Assembly (NCBI GenBank): GCA_050248855.1
Contig: JBFWRP010000002.1
Span: forward strand, 160,001 to 224,000
Direction: 5' to 3'
DNA: 64,000 bases
DNA from: Planctomycetota bacterium
GTDB lineage: Bacteria > Planctomycetota > PLA2 > JAEUHO01
Position numbers and translations under genes: made by a program. The number at the start of each line of letters is the position of its first letter. The stretch's first letter is position 1. Positions 18,081 through 29,002 of the stretch are shown piece after piece. Under the pieces are notes generated by a model. The model ran no database searches and was not told where the DNA came from. It saw only the letters and a program-made list of their open reading frames with translations.

Positions 18081-19511
18081 ATGCACGTCCGCGTCGCGCT
18101 CTTCGTCGCGGAGGTCGCCCGCTTCCGGGCCCTCCTGGAGTCCCTCGGTGCGCAGGTCGTGCCCGCGCGCGACGTGGAGCCCGTGCCCGAACGCCTCGAA
18201 GGCGATGACGTGGACCTCGTCGTCGCCGACGCGGAACGGCTCGGCCGCAAGCCGGCGGTCAGCATCGCGGCGCTGCGTGCGCTCACGGCGCGCCCCGACG
18301 TCGTCGCGATCGTGGAGCGCGACGGCACGGAAGATCGTGCGCGGCTGCTGGCGGCGCGTGCCGTGGCGGTGCTCGCCACGCGCTGGAGCGACAGTGCGCT
18401 CCGCGAGGCCCTCGACGCGATCCTGGCCCGACGCCGCGAGGAGCTGGTGGGCCGGCAGCGTGCGCAGCCCTTCGTGCGCGCCCATCGCCTTGCCGACTTC
18501 GCCAGCGCCAGCCCCGCAATGGCCAAGCTCCTGGCCACGGCCCGGCGCGTCGTGAGCTCGTCCTCGACGGTCGTGCTGTTGGGGGAGACGGGCGTCGGCA
18601 AGGAATGGCTGGCGCGATCGCTCCACGAGGAAGGACCGCGGGCGGCCGGTCCGTTCGTCGCCGTCAACTGCGGCGCCTTGCCCGAACAGCTGCTCGAGAG
18701 CGAGATGTTCGGCCACGAGCGCGGGGCGTTCACCGGGGCCGTCCGCGCCCACCGCGGGCACTTCGAGATGGCGCACGGCGGCACCGTGTTCCTCGACGAA
18801 GTCGGCGACATGCCGCTGCACCTGCAAGTGAAGCTGTTGCGCGTGCTGCAGGAGCGTCGCGTGCAGCGGCTGGGCGCGGAGCGCGCGACGGAGGTCGACG
18901 TCCGCGTGCTCGCGGCCACGCACCGCGACCCGGAGGCGTTGCGCGCCGCAGGCGCGCTCCGCGAGGATCTCTGGTACCGCCTGGCGGTCGTCACGCTTCG
19001 CGTGCCGCCCTTGCGCGAGCGTCTCGAGGACCTGGCCGTCTTGGCCCAGGGTTGGCTCGAGCGGCAGGCGGCCACGCTCGGGCGCGAGGCCACGTCGTTC
19101 TCCCCCGAGGCCTTGGAGGCCCTTCTGGCCTACCGCTGGCCCGGCAACCTGCGCGAGCTCGTGAACGTCGTCGAGCGCGCCGTGCTGCTGTCGTCGGGCC
19201 CCGTCGTGCACGCGGCGGACCTGCCCGACGACATCGTCCGCGCCGCGCTGCCGGGCACGCCGCTCCAGGGCCCCGCGGCCGTGCTGCGCCACGCGCCGGC
19301 GGGCGACATCCCGTTTGCCAAGGCCCGCCGTACCGTCCTCGAGCAGTTCGAGCGCGACTACCTCGTGGCCCTCCTCGAACGCAGCGGCGGCCGCGTCGGC
19401 GAGGCGTCGCTCCGCTCGGGCCTCCCGCCGCGCACCCTCTACGACCTGCTGCGGCGCCACGGCCTGCGCGGAGAGGACTACCGCTTCCGCATCCCGGCCA
19501 GCCGGCCCTGA
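18081..19511 (+). CDS. Sigma54-dependent enhancer-binding protein with a degenerate receiver domain
   Basis: GETGVGKE, ESEMFGHERGAFTGA, FLDEVGD, WPGNLREL, C-terminal HTH. Confidence 0.92.
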   Translation: MHVRVALFVAEVARFRALLESLGAQVVPARDVEPVPERLEGDDVDLVVADAERLGRKPAVSIAALRALTARPDVVAIVERDGTEDRARLLAARAVAVLATRWSDSALREALDAILARRREELVGRQRAQPFVRAHRLADFASASPAMAKLLATARRVVSSSSTVVLLGETGVGKEWLARSLHEEGPRAAGPFVAVNCGALPEQLLESEMFGHERGAFTGAVRAHRGHFEMAHGGTVFLDEVGDMPLHLQVKLLRVLQERRVQRLGAERATEVDVRVLAATHRDPEALRAAGALREDLWYRLAVVTLRVPPLRERLEDLAVLAQGWLERQAATLGREATSFSPEALEALLAYRWPGNLRELVNVVERAVLLSSGPVVHAADLPDDIVRAALPGTPLQGPAAVLRHAPAGDIPFAKARRTVLEQFERDYLVALLERSGGRVGEASLRSGLPPRTLYDLLRRHGLRGEDYRFRIPASRP

Positions 19512-19570
19512 CGGCCCCGCTGGCCTGCGTGGGGCATCTGGCCGATCCTTCTCCCGAGGAGGACGGTGGC

Positions 19571-21274
19571 ATGGCGCAGATGGTGCCGGAGCGAGACGAG
19601 GGGGAGGTCGACTCGCGGGCCGAGCGCCTCGTTCGGCGCGCCTTGTCCGAGCGGCTGCCGGACGATTGGACCGTGGTTCACGGGGCCCGTTGGGTCGGGC
19701 GGCGCCACGGCCGCGACGGGCAGGACGGCGAGATCGACTTCTTGTTGCTCCATCCCAAGCACGGTGCCGTCGTGCTCGAGGTGAAGGGTGGAACCGTTGC
19801 CCGCGAGCGGCAGCGGTGGACGAGCACGAGCACGTCCGGGCAACGGCACGACCTCGGCCGGGGTCCGCTGCAGCAGGCGCACGATGGCAAGTACGCCCTA
19901 CGCGCGCTGCTCGAGAACATGCGCCGCTTCCGCGCGGGGACGCCGCACCTGGTCCACGCCGCCTTGCTGCCCGAGAGCCACGTGCCGGACACCGGCCTGG
20001 GTGCCGACGCGCCGCGGGCGCTTCTCGGGGACGCGCGGGACCTCGCGATGCTCGAGGAGTGGGTCCAGGGTGTCGTGGCCCACACCGACCGCCATCCGGC
20101 GGCCCGCGAGCTCGGGAAGGAGGGTGTCCGGGCGATCGTCGAGCTCCTTGCGCCACGCCGCACGTTGACGCGTTCGCGCGCTGGCGAGAACGCCGGTGTC
20201 GATGTCGAGCTGCTCGAGCTTACCGAACGGCAGTACCGCGTCCTGGACTTGACGCGCTCGCTGCCACGCGTGCTGGTCGAGGGCGGACCCGGTACGGGCA
20301 AGTCCTTGATCGCGGTGGAGGCGGCGCGTCGGTTCGCCGCCGCCGGTCGAAGCACGCTGCTCCTTTGCTACAACGGGCCGCTGGCCGGCCGGCTCGTCGA
20401 GGAAGCCCGCGGCATCGAGGGCGTGACCGCGACGCACTTCCATGGGCTCTGTCGCGCCTGGGCGGCGGAGGCCGGGCTGACGGACCTGGTCGACGCCGCG
20501 CAAGCGGCCGGCGACTGGACGGAGGGCTTTGCCAACGTCCTCTTGGAGGCGGCGTCGGCGCTTCATCGCAGCGTCGACGCCATCGTCGTGGACGAGGGCC
20601 AGGACTTCGACCCGTCGTGGTGGCCGGTGCTGGAGCAGCTCTTGTCCCGAGGCGACGGGATCTTCTACGTGTTCGCCGACCCCGGCCAGGCGCTGCGGGG
20701 CGACGCGGCGCGGCCTCCCCTGGAGGGACTGCACGGGCCGCTGGAGCTGGACCGCAACTGCCGCAACCCCGCCGAGGTGCACGCGTGGCTCCAAGCGGTC
20801 GACACGTCGCTTGCGGCGCTGAGGGGAAGCAACGTGACCACCGGCGTGCCTCCGTCCGTGCGCTGGGTCGGCCCCGGCGGGGACGTCGCCGCGGTCATCG
20901 ACGCAGCGGTGAAGGCCCTGGTGCAGGACCACGGCCTGGCGCCCGGCGACATCGCCGTGATCACCCCCCGCGGCCGGGAACGCAGCGTGCTCAAGGAGGT
21001 CGACACGCTCGGCGGCGCCCCGGCCTCGTGGAAAGGGCGCGACTCCGCGGACCACGTCTGGATCGACACGACGCACCGCCACAAGGGGCTGGACCATCGC
21101 GGAGTCGTCGTGTGCGAGCTCGGTCCCGACCTCAAGCCCGACCTGATGTCGCACCTGCGGGTGGCCTGTTCGCGGGCGACGCACCGCCTGGACGTCGTGG
21201 CCGCGCACGCACTGGCCCCTGTCTTCCAGCCCGCGCGCGACCTGGCCACGTGGAGCGGCGTGCTGCCGGGGTAG
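19571..21274 (+). CDS. NERD nuclease domain fused to an SF1 (UvrD-like) helicase/ATPase
   Basis: GEIDFLLLHP...VLEVKGG (NERD), GGPGTGKS, VVDEGQDF, NCRNP, HKGLD, CSRA. Confidence 0.85.
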   Translation: MAQMVPERDEGEVDSRAERLVRRALSERLPDDWTVVHGARWVGRRHGRDGQDGEIDFLLLHPKHGAVVLEVKGGTVARERQRWTSTSTSGQRHDLGRGPLQQAHDGKYALRALLENMRRFRAGTPHLVHAALLPESHVPDTGLGADAPRALLGDARDLAMLEEWVQGVVAHTDRHPAARELGKEGVRAIVELLAPRRTLTRSRAGENAGVDVELLELTERQYRVLDLTRSLPRVLVEGGPGTGKSLIAVEAARRFAAAGRSTLLLCYNGPLAGRLVEEARGIEGVTATHFHGLCRAWAAEAGLTDLVDAAQAAGDWTEGFANVLLEAASALHRSVDAIVVDEGQDFDPSWWPVLEQLLSRGDGIFYVFADPGQALRGDAARPPLEGLHGPLELDRNCRNPAEVHAWLQAVDTSLAALRGSNVTTGVPPSVRWVGPGGDVAAVIDAAVKALVQDHGLAPGDIAVITPRGRERSVLKEVDTLGGAPASWKGRDSADHVWIDTTHRHKGLDHRGVVVCELGPDLKPDLMSHLRVACSRATHRLDVVAAHALAPVFQPARDLATWSGVLPG

Positions 21275-21297
21275 CTCGTGCGCGTAGTCTGGGAGGC

Positions 21298-21783
21298 ATG
21301 AGCGAGCCCCGCTCCCGCTTCGAGACCGAGCAGTCCCTGTCGCCGTGGATCTTGTGGCCGACCCCGGTGTTGCTCGTGGGGCTGGGTGTGTGGATGGGGA
21401 CGCGCCCCGACGTCCCGCGCGCGGTGGTGTGGGTGGTGGCCGCATCGGCCGCCATCGCGTTCGCGGTCATGCTCGGGCTCGGGCGCATGCGCGTCGTCGT
21501 CGACGGCCGCGAGATCCGCGTCACGTTCCCGCTGGGCTGGCCGCGCACGGTCATCCCGTTGGCCGAGCTGAAGGAGGCGCGCGGGGCGCGCCTGTCCTGG
21601 TGGTGGGGCTGGGGCCTGCGCTGGACGCCGCGCGGGTGGCTCTGGCGCCTACGTGGTCTCCAAGCCGTCGCGCTCGAACGCACGAACGGCCGCGTGTTCC
21701 ACGTCGGCGTCGACGAGCCGCGGAAGCTGTTGGACGCCCTGGCTGCCCGGGGCGTCAGCATCGGTGTGCACGACGGCGCGTAG
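21298..21783 (+). CDS. Small membrane protein (2 TM plus PH-like domain)
   Basis: GGAGG RBS, two hydrophobic segments, WGWGLRW motif. Confidence 0.65.
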   Translation: MSEPRSRFETEQSLSPWILWPTPVLLVGLGVWMGTRPDVPRAVVWVVAASAAIAFAVMLGLGRMRVVVDGREIRVTFPLGWPRTVIPLAELKEARGARLSWWWGWGLRWTPRGWLWRLRGLQAVALERTNGRVFHVGVDEPRKLLDALAARGVSIGVHDGA

Positions 21784-21800
21784 GCGCTCCGTAGCTGGAG

Positions 21801-22787
21801 CTACTTCGCGGCGAGCGCCTCGCGCACCTGGGTGTCGAGCGCGGCCAAGCGGTCTTCGAGGCCCGTGCCCTTGATCTTGCTCTTGAGGCGGCCGATCTGC
21901 TTGCGCGCCTCCTTGGCGTCGGTGCCGATCAGGGCCTCGACCTCGTCGAGGTTCTTCGTGGCCAGGTCGATGATCGCCGTGTGGGCCGCGGCCGCGCGGG
22001 CCTGCAGCTCCTCCGGCCACTCGGCAACCTTCTTGGTGCACTTCTCGAGGCCCTTCAAGGCCTTGGCGTAGTCGCCCTCCTTGGCCTCGGCGCTCGCCTC
22101 GGCTTCGGCCTCCTCGTACTTGCGCAAGTCCTTGCGCCCGAGGGCGACGGGGTGCTCCTTGCGCAGGCTCTCGGCGATCTCGCCGAGCTCCTCGATCAAC
22201 GACTTGGCGCTGTGCCCGCCGCCCGGCCAGCTCTTGATCTCCTCGAGCGTGAACGGGTTCACGGCGCACGTGTAGGGCACGCCGCCGGTGTTGTTGTAGG
22301 AGGCCGCCTTCGAGCGGTTGAGCGCGAGCATCTGGTCGGTCGTCAAGCCCGGGAACTCCACCAGGTACCGGACCGTCTCGCCGCCCACCTTCGCCTCGTA
22401 CGTGGCCGCGCGCCGGTCTTCCTTCTCGATGCCCTCGTCCAGGCGACCCAGGCTGATGACCTCGACCGTGTTGTCGTTGGCGAAGTCGATGTACTTGTCG
22501 TTGCACATCACCGATGCGTGCATGCCCCAGCACGGCCCACAGTAGAAGCCATGGCTGTGTACGACGATCGGGAGGGACAGCATGCGGGCCTCGGCCACCG
22601 CCTCGTCCCAGGTCCTGGCCAGCGTCACGCAGGTGACCGGCTCGGCGTCCTTGCTGCCCGCTTCGGCCAGGGGCCTTGGCAGCGTGCCCCCCAGGCCCAG
22701 GCCCAGCAGGGCGGCCAGCAGGGCGGCAAGGCGGACACGGCGCGCCACGGCGGACGCGGGGCTCGGGGTCTTGGACTCGGTGCTCAT
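21801..22787 (-). CDS. Exported thioredoxin-fold protein (CGPC) with a helical C-terminus
   Basis: Signal-like N-terminus, WDEAVAEAR...PIVVH..FYCGPC, GGVPY cis-Pro loop. Confidence 0.7.
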   Translation of the reverse strand: MSTESKTPSPASAVARRVRLAALLAALLGLGLGGTLPRPLAEAGSKDAEPVTCVTLARTWDEAVAEARMLSLPIVVHSHGFYCGPCWGMHASVMCNDKYIDFANDNTVEVISLGRLDEGIEKEDRRAATYEAKVGGETVRYLVEFPGLTTDQMLALNRSKAASYNNTGGVPYTCAVNPFTLEEIKSWPGGGHSAKSLIEELGEIAESLRKEHPVALGRKDLRKYEEAEAEASAEAKEGDYAKALKGLEKCTKKVAEWPEELQARAAAAHTAIIDLATKNLDEVEALIGTDAKEARKQIGRLKSKIKGTGLEDRLAALDTQVREALAAK

Positions 22788-23024
22788 CGGGATCTCCCTC
22801 GGTGGCCGCCCCCTGGCGGCGACGGTCCCCAGGCGCCGGCGGGATGGCGCGCGGACGCCACAAGGACCGAGTCGCCGGGTTCCCTGGTTCCGCCCTCTTT
22901 CCGCGTTCCGGGCCCTCGATCCCGTCAGCATCGGCCTGGGGACACGTCGCCCGATCGCTCCATCGCTCCGTGCGATGGAGCCGGGCGGCGCAGCAGCGTC
23001 CCCCGCGGCGGCGATGCTCAGCCC

Positions 23025-23384
23025 ATGGACGACTCGCTTGCCGCGCTCCAGGCCGAGGTCATCGCCTTCCGCGACGCACGCGACTGGCGCCGCTTCCACC
23101 AGGCCAAGGATCTCGTCCTGGGGCTCGTGGCCGAGGCCGGGGAGCTCGCCGAGGTCGTGCTCTGGCGCGATCCCGCCGTCCTCGAGCGCCTGGCCGAGGA
23201 CGAGGACCTGAGGGCGCGTCTTGGCGAGGAGATGGCCGACGTCCTCGTCTACCTGCTCTACCTGGCCGAGCACGCCGGCTTGGACCTCGCGGCGACCACG
23301 CGCGCCAAGCTGGCGCTGAACGCCCGGAAGTACCCCGTGGAGCGCTTCCGCGGGTCGGCCCGGAAGTACGACGACGAAGCCTGA
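23025..23384 (+). CDS. MazG-like nucleotide pyrophosphohydrolase
   Basis: FRDARDWRRFH, EAGELAE, EEMADVLVYL, NARKYP. Confidence 0.9.
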   Translation: MDDSLAALQAEVIAFRDARDWRRFHQAKDLVLGLVAEAGELAEVVLWRDPAVLERLAEDEDLRARLGEEMADVLVYLLYLAEHAGLDLAATTRAKLALNARKYPVERFRGSARKYDDEA

Positions 23385-23470
23385 CCCGACGCCGATGCGC
23401 CCGATCCGGCCCGCCCCGCGGGGCGTTGTAGAGTCGGCGCGGGCCCGCCCGGTTCCGCAGGGAGGACGCG

Positions 23471-25246
23471 ATGCGCGCCTCGTGGTTGGTGATCGCACTC
23501 CTGTCCGTGGCGGGCGTCGTCGTCGGCTGGTTCGGGCGTGACGTGTTGGACGGTGGGGGGGCGCGCTCGCCCTCGCCCGACGCCCTGGCCCGCACGCCCG
23601 CACCGGCGGCGGCCACCTCGGGTGGACCCGCCCTGACCGGCCGCGCGGCCCCCCTGGCGGGTGCGCCCTCGCTGGCCGACGTCGAGGTCGAGGCCCTCAA
23701 GCACTTCGAGAGCGCCCGGCCGCAGCCACGCCTGCCGGGCGCGGAAGAGCCCCCGCCCGACGGCAGCCTGCCCTCGCTGCGTGCGCTGGCCGTGCTCTAC
23801 GCGGTGGCGGGCCGCACGCATGACTTCGCGCGGGCCGGCATCGCGTACTTCGACCGCGGGGGCGGGTCCGGCGCGTTCCTCGCGTCGCTGGAGGGTGTCG
23901 AGTCCGCGGTCCTGGCCGATGCGCTCGACGCCCTGATCCTGGCGCGCGGCCTCGAGCCGCTGGAGGCCGTGGCCGTGTCCCATGTCTTCCAGGCGGCCGG
24001 CCGTGTCGATCGTGCGATCGACGTCGTGCTCGGGGCGCTTGGCCGCATGACCGAGCTCGACGTCGCCCTCGTGGCCCGCCTCGTCGTGCTTGCCCCCGAT
24101 CGCGCTGGCCAGGACCTGCGCGCCGTGCCGGGCTCGGTCGCCTGGGACGGGGGCCAGCTGCGGCAGGTCGTGGAGGCGTTGGAGGAAGGCCAGCGCGCCC
24201 CGCTCGCGGGGCTGATCGCGGCTCGCCTCGTGGCCGAGCCCGACGACACGGCGGCGCTGACCACGCTCGCCCTGGTGGACCGGCGGGAGGCCGTGCGCTT
24301 TGCCCAGGAGCGCGTACGGCGTCTGCCCGACGACCCCTGGGGCTGGACGTTCCTCGGGCAGAACCTGAAGGAGCTGGGCGACACGGCCGGCGCCTTCGCC
24401 GCGTACGGCGAGAGCGTCCGCCTGAGCCCCAACCGCGAAGCGCTCACGGCGCTCGTCGAGCTGGACGCCGACCGCGCCTTGGACCTGCTCGATCGCATCG
24501 GCGACCGCATCACCGATGACGAGACGTTGGGCGCTGCCGGCCACGCCTACGCGCGCGCGGGGCGCGCGAAGGAGGCCGCCACGTGGTACATGCTGGCGCA
24601 CGAGCGGGACCCGGCCGACAGCGAGTGGATCAGCGGGCTGACCCAGGTCGACGGCCCGCGGGCGATCGAGCTGCTGCTGCGGCAGATGGGCCCCGACCTG
24701 ATGGCCAACGACGACGAGCGCCTCGGCGACCTGGCCGACGCCTACCGCTCCGCGGGCCAGGCGGAGCGTGCGCTCGAGCTGTACGAGGCCGCGTGGCGCA
24801 AGGACCCCGCCGACCACGAGTGGGTCGGGTCGCTCGTCGCCGTGGACGCCGCGCGCGGCGTCACGCTGTTCGGCGAGCGCGCCACGGCCAATCCGCAGGA
24901 CGCCAACGCCCAGGCCGCCTACGGCAAGGCCCTGGTTGCGGCCGGCCGCCGCGAGGAGGGCGTGCGGGCGCTGACGCGGGCCGTCGGCATCTCGATCGAC
25001 TGGGCCGATGCGCTCGCCGAGCACGCACCCGAAGCCGCCGTCACGGCGGTCCGCACCTACGTGGACGCGCATCCCGGCGACGCCAACGGCTGGAACCGAC
25101 TCGCCAACGCCCTGCGCCGCGCGGGCCGCGAGAGCGAGGCGGCCAGCGCGCAAGAGCGCGCCAGCAGCCTGGGCGGCGAGGTGTGGGAAGAGGAAATCCT
25201 CTGGGAGGGCGACGAGCCCGTGCCCGGGGGCATCATCGTGCGCTAG
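23471..25246 (+). CDS. Membrane-anchored TPR-repeat protein
   Basis: GGAGG RBS, N-terminal TM, many TPR-like repeats (PDDPWGWTFLG, DPADSEW, DPADHEW, PGDANGWNRLA). Confidence 0.7.
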   Translation: MRASWLVIALLSVAGVVVGWFGRDVLDGGGARSPSPDALARTPAPAAATSGGPALTGRAAPLAGAPSLADVEVEALKHFESARPQPRLPGAEEPPPDGSLPSLRALAVLYAVAGRTHDFARAGIAYFDRGGGSGAFLASLEGVESAVLADALDALILARGLEPLEAVAVSHVFQAAGRVDRAIDVVLGALGRMTELDVALVARLVVLAPDRAGQDLRAVPGSVAWDGGQLRQVVEALEEGQRAPLAGLIAARLVAEPDDTAALTTLALVDRREAVRFAQERVRRLPDDPWGWTFLGQNLKELGDTAGAFAAYGESVRLSPNREALTALVELDADRALDLLDRIGDRITDDETLGAAGHAYARAGRAKEAATWYMLAHERDPADSEWISGLTQVDGPRAIELLLRQMGPDLMANDDERLGDLADAYRSAGQAERALELYEAAWRKDPADHEWVGSLVAVDAARGVTLFGERATANPQDANAQAAYGKALVAAGRREEGVRALTRAVGISIDWADALAEHAPEAAVTAVRTYVDAHPGDANGWNRLANALRRAGRESEAASAQERASSLGGEVWEEEILWEGDEPVPGGIIVR

Positions 25247-25258
25247 AGATCGGCACGT

Positions 25259-26851
<1,593 letters not shown>

Positions 26852-27052
26852 CGGATCGTCTCCAGCACACGACGGAGGGGGGGACCTCCGAAGGCCGCGG
26901 ATCCTACTTGATGCCGGGGCAAGGGGCGTCCGAGGTCACGGTGCCGGGGGGGCGGGCCGGTCCGCTTGTCCCCGGCGCATGCATGTGCGGAGTCAGGGGC
27001 GTGGGTCGGCCCGGCCCGCGCACGTGTGCGGTCGCGGCCCCTTGGAGGCCCC

Positions 27053-27718
27053 ATGTGCCAACCGCTCGTACGTCGTTTGTTCGCCCGCCGCGTCCTGCGG
27101 CTTGCGCTTTGCACCCTCGCCTTCGTGCCCCTGGCCGCCTGCGGCGGCGGCGGCCAAGGGCTCTCCGACGAGCCCGTGCCCACGGGACCGGCGCTTGTCC
27201 AGGTGCACGTGGCGTCGTTCCTCGGCACGGAGGGACTGACGCTCGACAGCGACCTGCAGCCCGCCCTGTTCACGCTCGATCCGCGGATCGACCGCGTGAC
27301 GATCCAAGCCGTCAACCCGGTGGCCCCGAACAAGCACGACACGCAGCCGGGCACGTGGCGACCGGCCCTGACGCCCGTGGACGCCGGCAACCCCGTGGCG
27401 GGCGAGATCCGGATGCTCGTGCAGCTGGCCCCTGCCACGTCCCTCGGCTGGGAAGCCGTGCATGTGCGGACGGGCGCGACGTTCGCGTCCAACCCGAGCT
27501 CGCTGTTGCTCCTGCGCGTGACGGGAGGCGTCGAAGTCCCGCTGCGCACGATCCCCCTGGACGCGCCGCGGAGCACCACGACGGCGCTCGGTGGAAGCGT
27601 CAGCTCCGAGTCCCTCGTGGTCGTCTGGCGAGCCGGCAGCGAGCTTGGCGAGAACGGGGGCGGTTCGGCGGGCTTCGAGGACCTCGACATCCTCATCACG
27701 GAGGCGCCCGTACCCTGA
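27053..27718 (+). CDS. Hypothetical lipoprotein
   Basis: GGAGG RBS, lipobox LAAC, coding-like composition. Confidence 0.6.
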   Translation: MCQPLVRRLFARRVLRLALCTLAFVPLAACGGGGQGLSDEPVPTGPALVQVHVASFLGTEGLTLDSDLQPALFTLDPRIDRVTIQAVNPVAPNKHDTQPGTWRPALTPVDAGNPVAGEIRMLVQLAPATSLGWEAVHVRTGATFASNPSSLLLLRVTGGVEVPLRTIPLDAPRSTTTALGGSVSSESLVVVWRAGSELGENGGGSAGFEDLDILITEAPVP

Positions 27719-27726
27719 TCGGTCGC

Positions 27727-28434
27727 ATGGCGACCTTCGAAGAGCTCGCGTGGACCCGGAGCCCGTTTGGCGAGCTCGTCCTTCGGCGGCGTGAGATCCC
27801 CGGTCTCGATGCGGGGCCCATCCACGAGATCACCGTGGACGGCGAGATGCTGATGTCGAGCTGGCTCGATGCCAGCGAGCGGGCCTTGGCGCAGCACACG
27901 CTGGCCGTCGTGGCGGGCGAGGCGCTGGAGGTGGTCGTGGGCGGCCTGGGGCTCGGGCGTACCGCCCAGGCGGTTCTCGAGGACCCTCGCGTGGCCCACG
28001 TGCACGTGGTGGAGATCGTGCCCGAGGTCGTGGCCTGGCATCGCGATGGCCTGGTGCCGTGGGGGCCTGCCCTGGTGGCCGACCCGCGCGTGCACGTGCA
28101 CGTCGCGGACTTCTTCGCGTGGATCGAGGCGCCGGCAGGCGACGTGGGTGCGCCCGCCCATCCGCACGCGGTGCTCGTGGACATCGACCATCGCCCCGAT
28201 GCACTGCTCGATCCCCGCAACGCGCGCTTCCAGGGTCGCGCATCCCTGGCGCGGCTTGCACGCCGCCTCGCAGCGGGCGGGGCCTTCGGCTTCTGGTCGG
28301 CCGGTCCCCCGCAGGACGCGTTCCTGGAGCGCATCGCGACCGCGTTCGCCCACGTCACGGCGCACGCGATCCGCGTCGACAACCCCATGATCGATGCCGA
28401 GCAGGTCGACACCGTCTACGTCGCCCGCCCGTAG
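27727..28434 (+). CDS. Spermidine synthase-like SAM-dependent methyltransferase
   Basis: GELVLRRR, EMLMSS, VVVGGLGLG, VVEIVPEV, LVDIDH. Confidence 0.85.
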   Translation: MATFEELAWTRSPFGELVLRRREIPGLDAGPIHEITVDGEMLMSSWLDASERALAQHTLAVVAGEALEVVVGGLGLGRTAQAVLEDPRVAHVHVVEIVPEVVAWHRDGLVPWGPALVADPRVHVHVADFFAWIEAPAGDVGAPAHPHAVLVDIDHRPDALLDPRNARFQGRASLARLARRLAAGGAFGFWSAGPPQDAFLERIATAFAHVTAHAIRVDNPMIDAEQVDTVYVARP

Positions 28435-28443
28435 GCGCGCGGA

Positions 28444-28851
28444 GGTGTCTGAACCTGTGCCTCGGAGCGATAGCGACGGTGGCACGGTGTCAGACACCGA
28501 AGTGCGACGTCCGCCGGCCGGCGAACCGCGACCCCTGCGTGTCAGGCACCTTGCCCACGTTGCCGCTGCGCGGCGCCGCGGCAAGGGTCCTGACACATCC
28601 GGGTTCGCGACGCGCGACCCCTGCGTGTCAGGCACCTTGCCCACGTTGCTGCCTCGGTCCATGGTGAGTCCCGGATGTGCCTTGCGTTGCCCGTAGAGGG
28701 ACGACGATCTCGCTACGGTTCCGCGCTCCCGCGCGGAGTGTGCGCTCAGGCTCCGCCCTCGCGGCATGGGTGCTAGTCCCTACCACCCCTGCACCCCTCA
28801 CGGTGCGGCGCCGCGGCAAGGGTCCTGACACATCCGGGTTCGCGACGCGCG
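28444..28851. repeat. REP/BIME-like mosaic of intergenic repeats
   Basis: Identical 37-bp unit A at 28527-28563 and 28613-28649. Identical 47-bp unit B at 28570-28616 and 28805-28851. A and B are imperfect reverse complements around GTGTCAGG..CCTTGCC. Palindrome GGTGTCAGACACC at 28486-28498. Confidence 0.85.
28719..28803. repeat. Dispersed 85-bp structured element, copy 1
   Basis: Gapless 70/85 match, by manual alignment, to 44441-44525. Confidence 0.8.
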
Positions 28852-29002
28852 CATTACGGGATCCCACTCCGCGCTGGGGCGCCCCCAGCCCGATATCTGG
28901 TCACGGCTGTCGATAGCTGCGCCCACCACACGCTTCGTCGCGGGCCGCTGCGTAGTCTCCGCACGGGGGCGTGCGCGATGGCGCCCGCCACGGAGGGCTC
29001 CC

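Noticed and set aside
15663..20156. 1497-aa ORF as a single gene
   Set aside because: The upstream part is the antisense shadow of the sigma54 activator and NERD genes. Only 15663-17540 looks like protein.
23025..25246. MazG-like plus TPR genes as a defence module
   Set aside because: This short MazG-like family is commonly house-cleaning, and the TPR region appears extracytoplasmic, so nothing links them beyond adjacency.
28444..28851. CRISPR array
   Set aside because: Units alternate in orientation, there are no unique regular spacers, and no cas genes are present.
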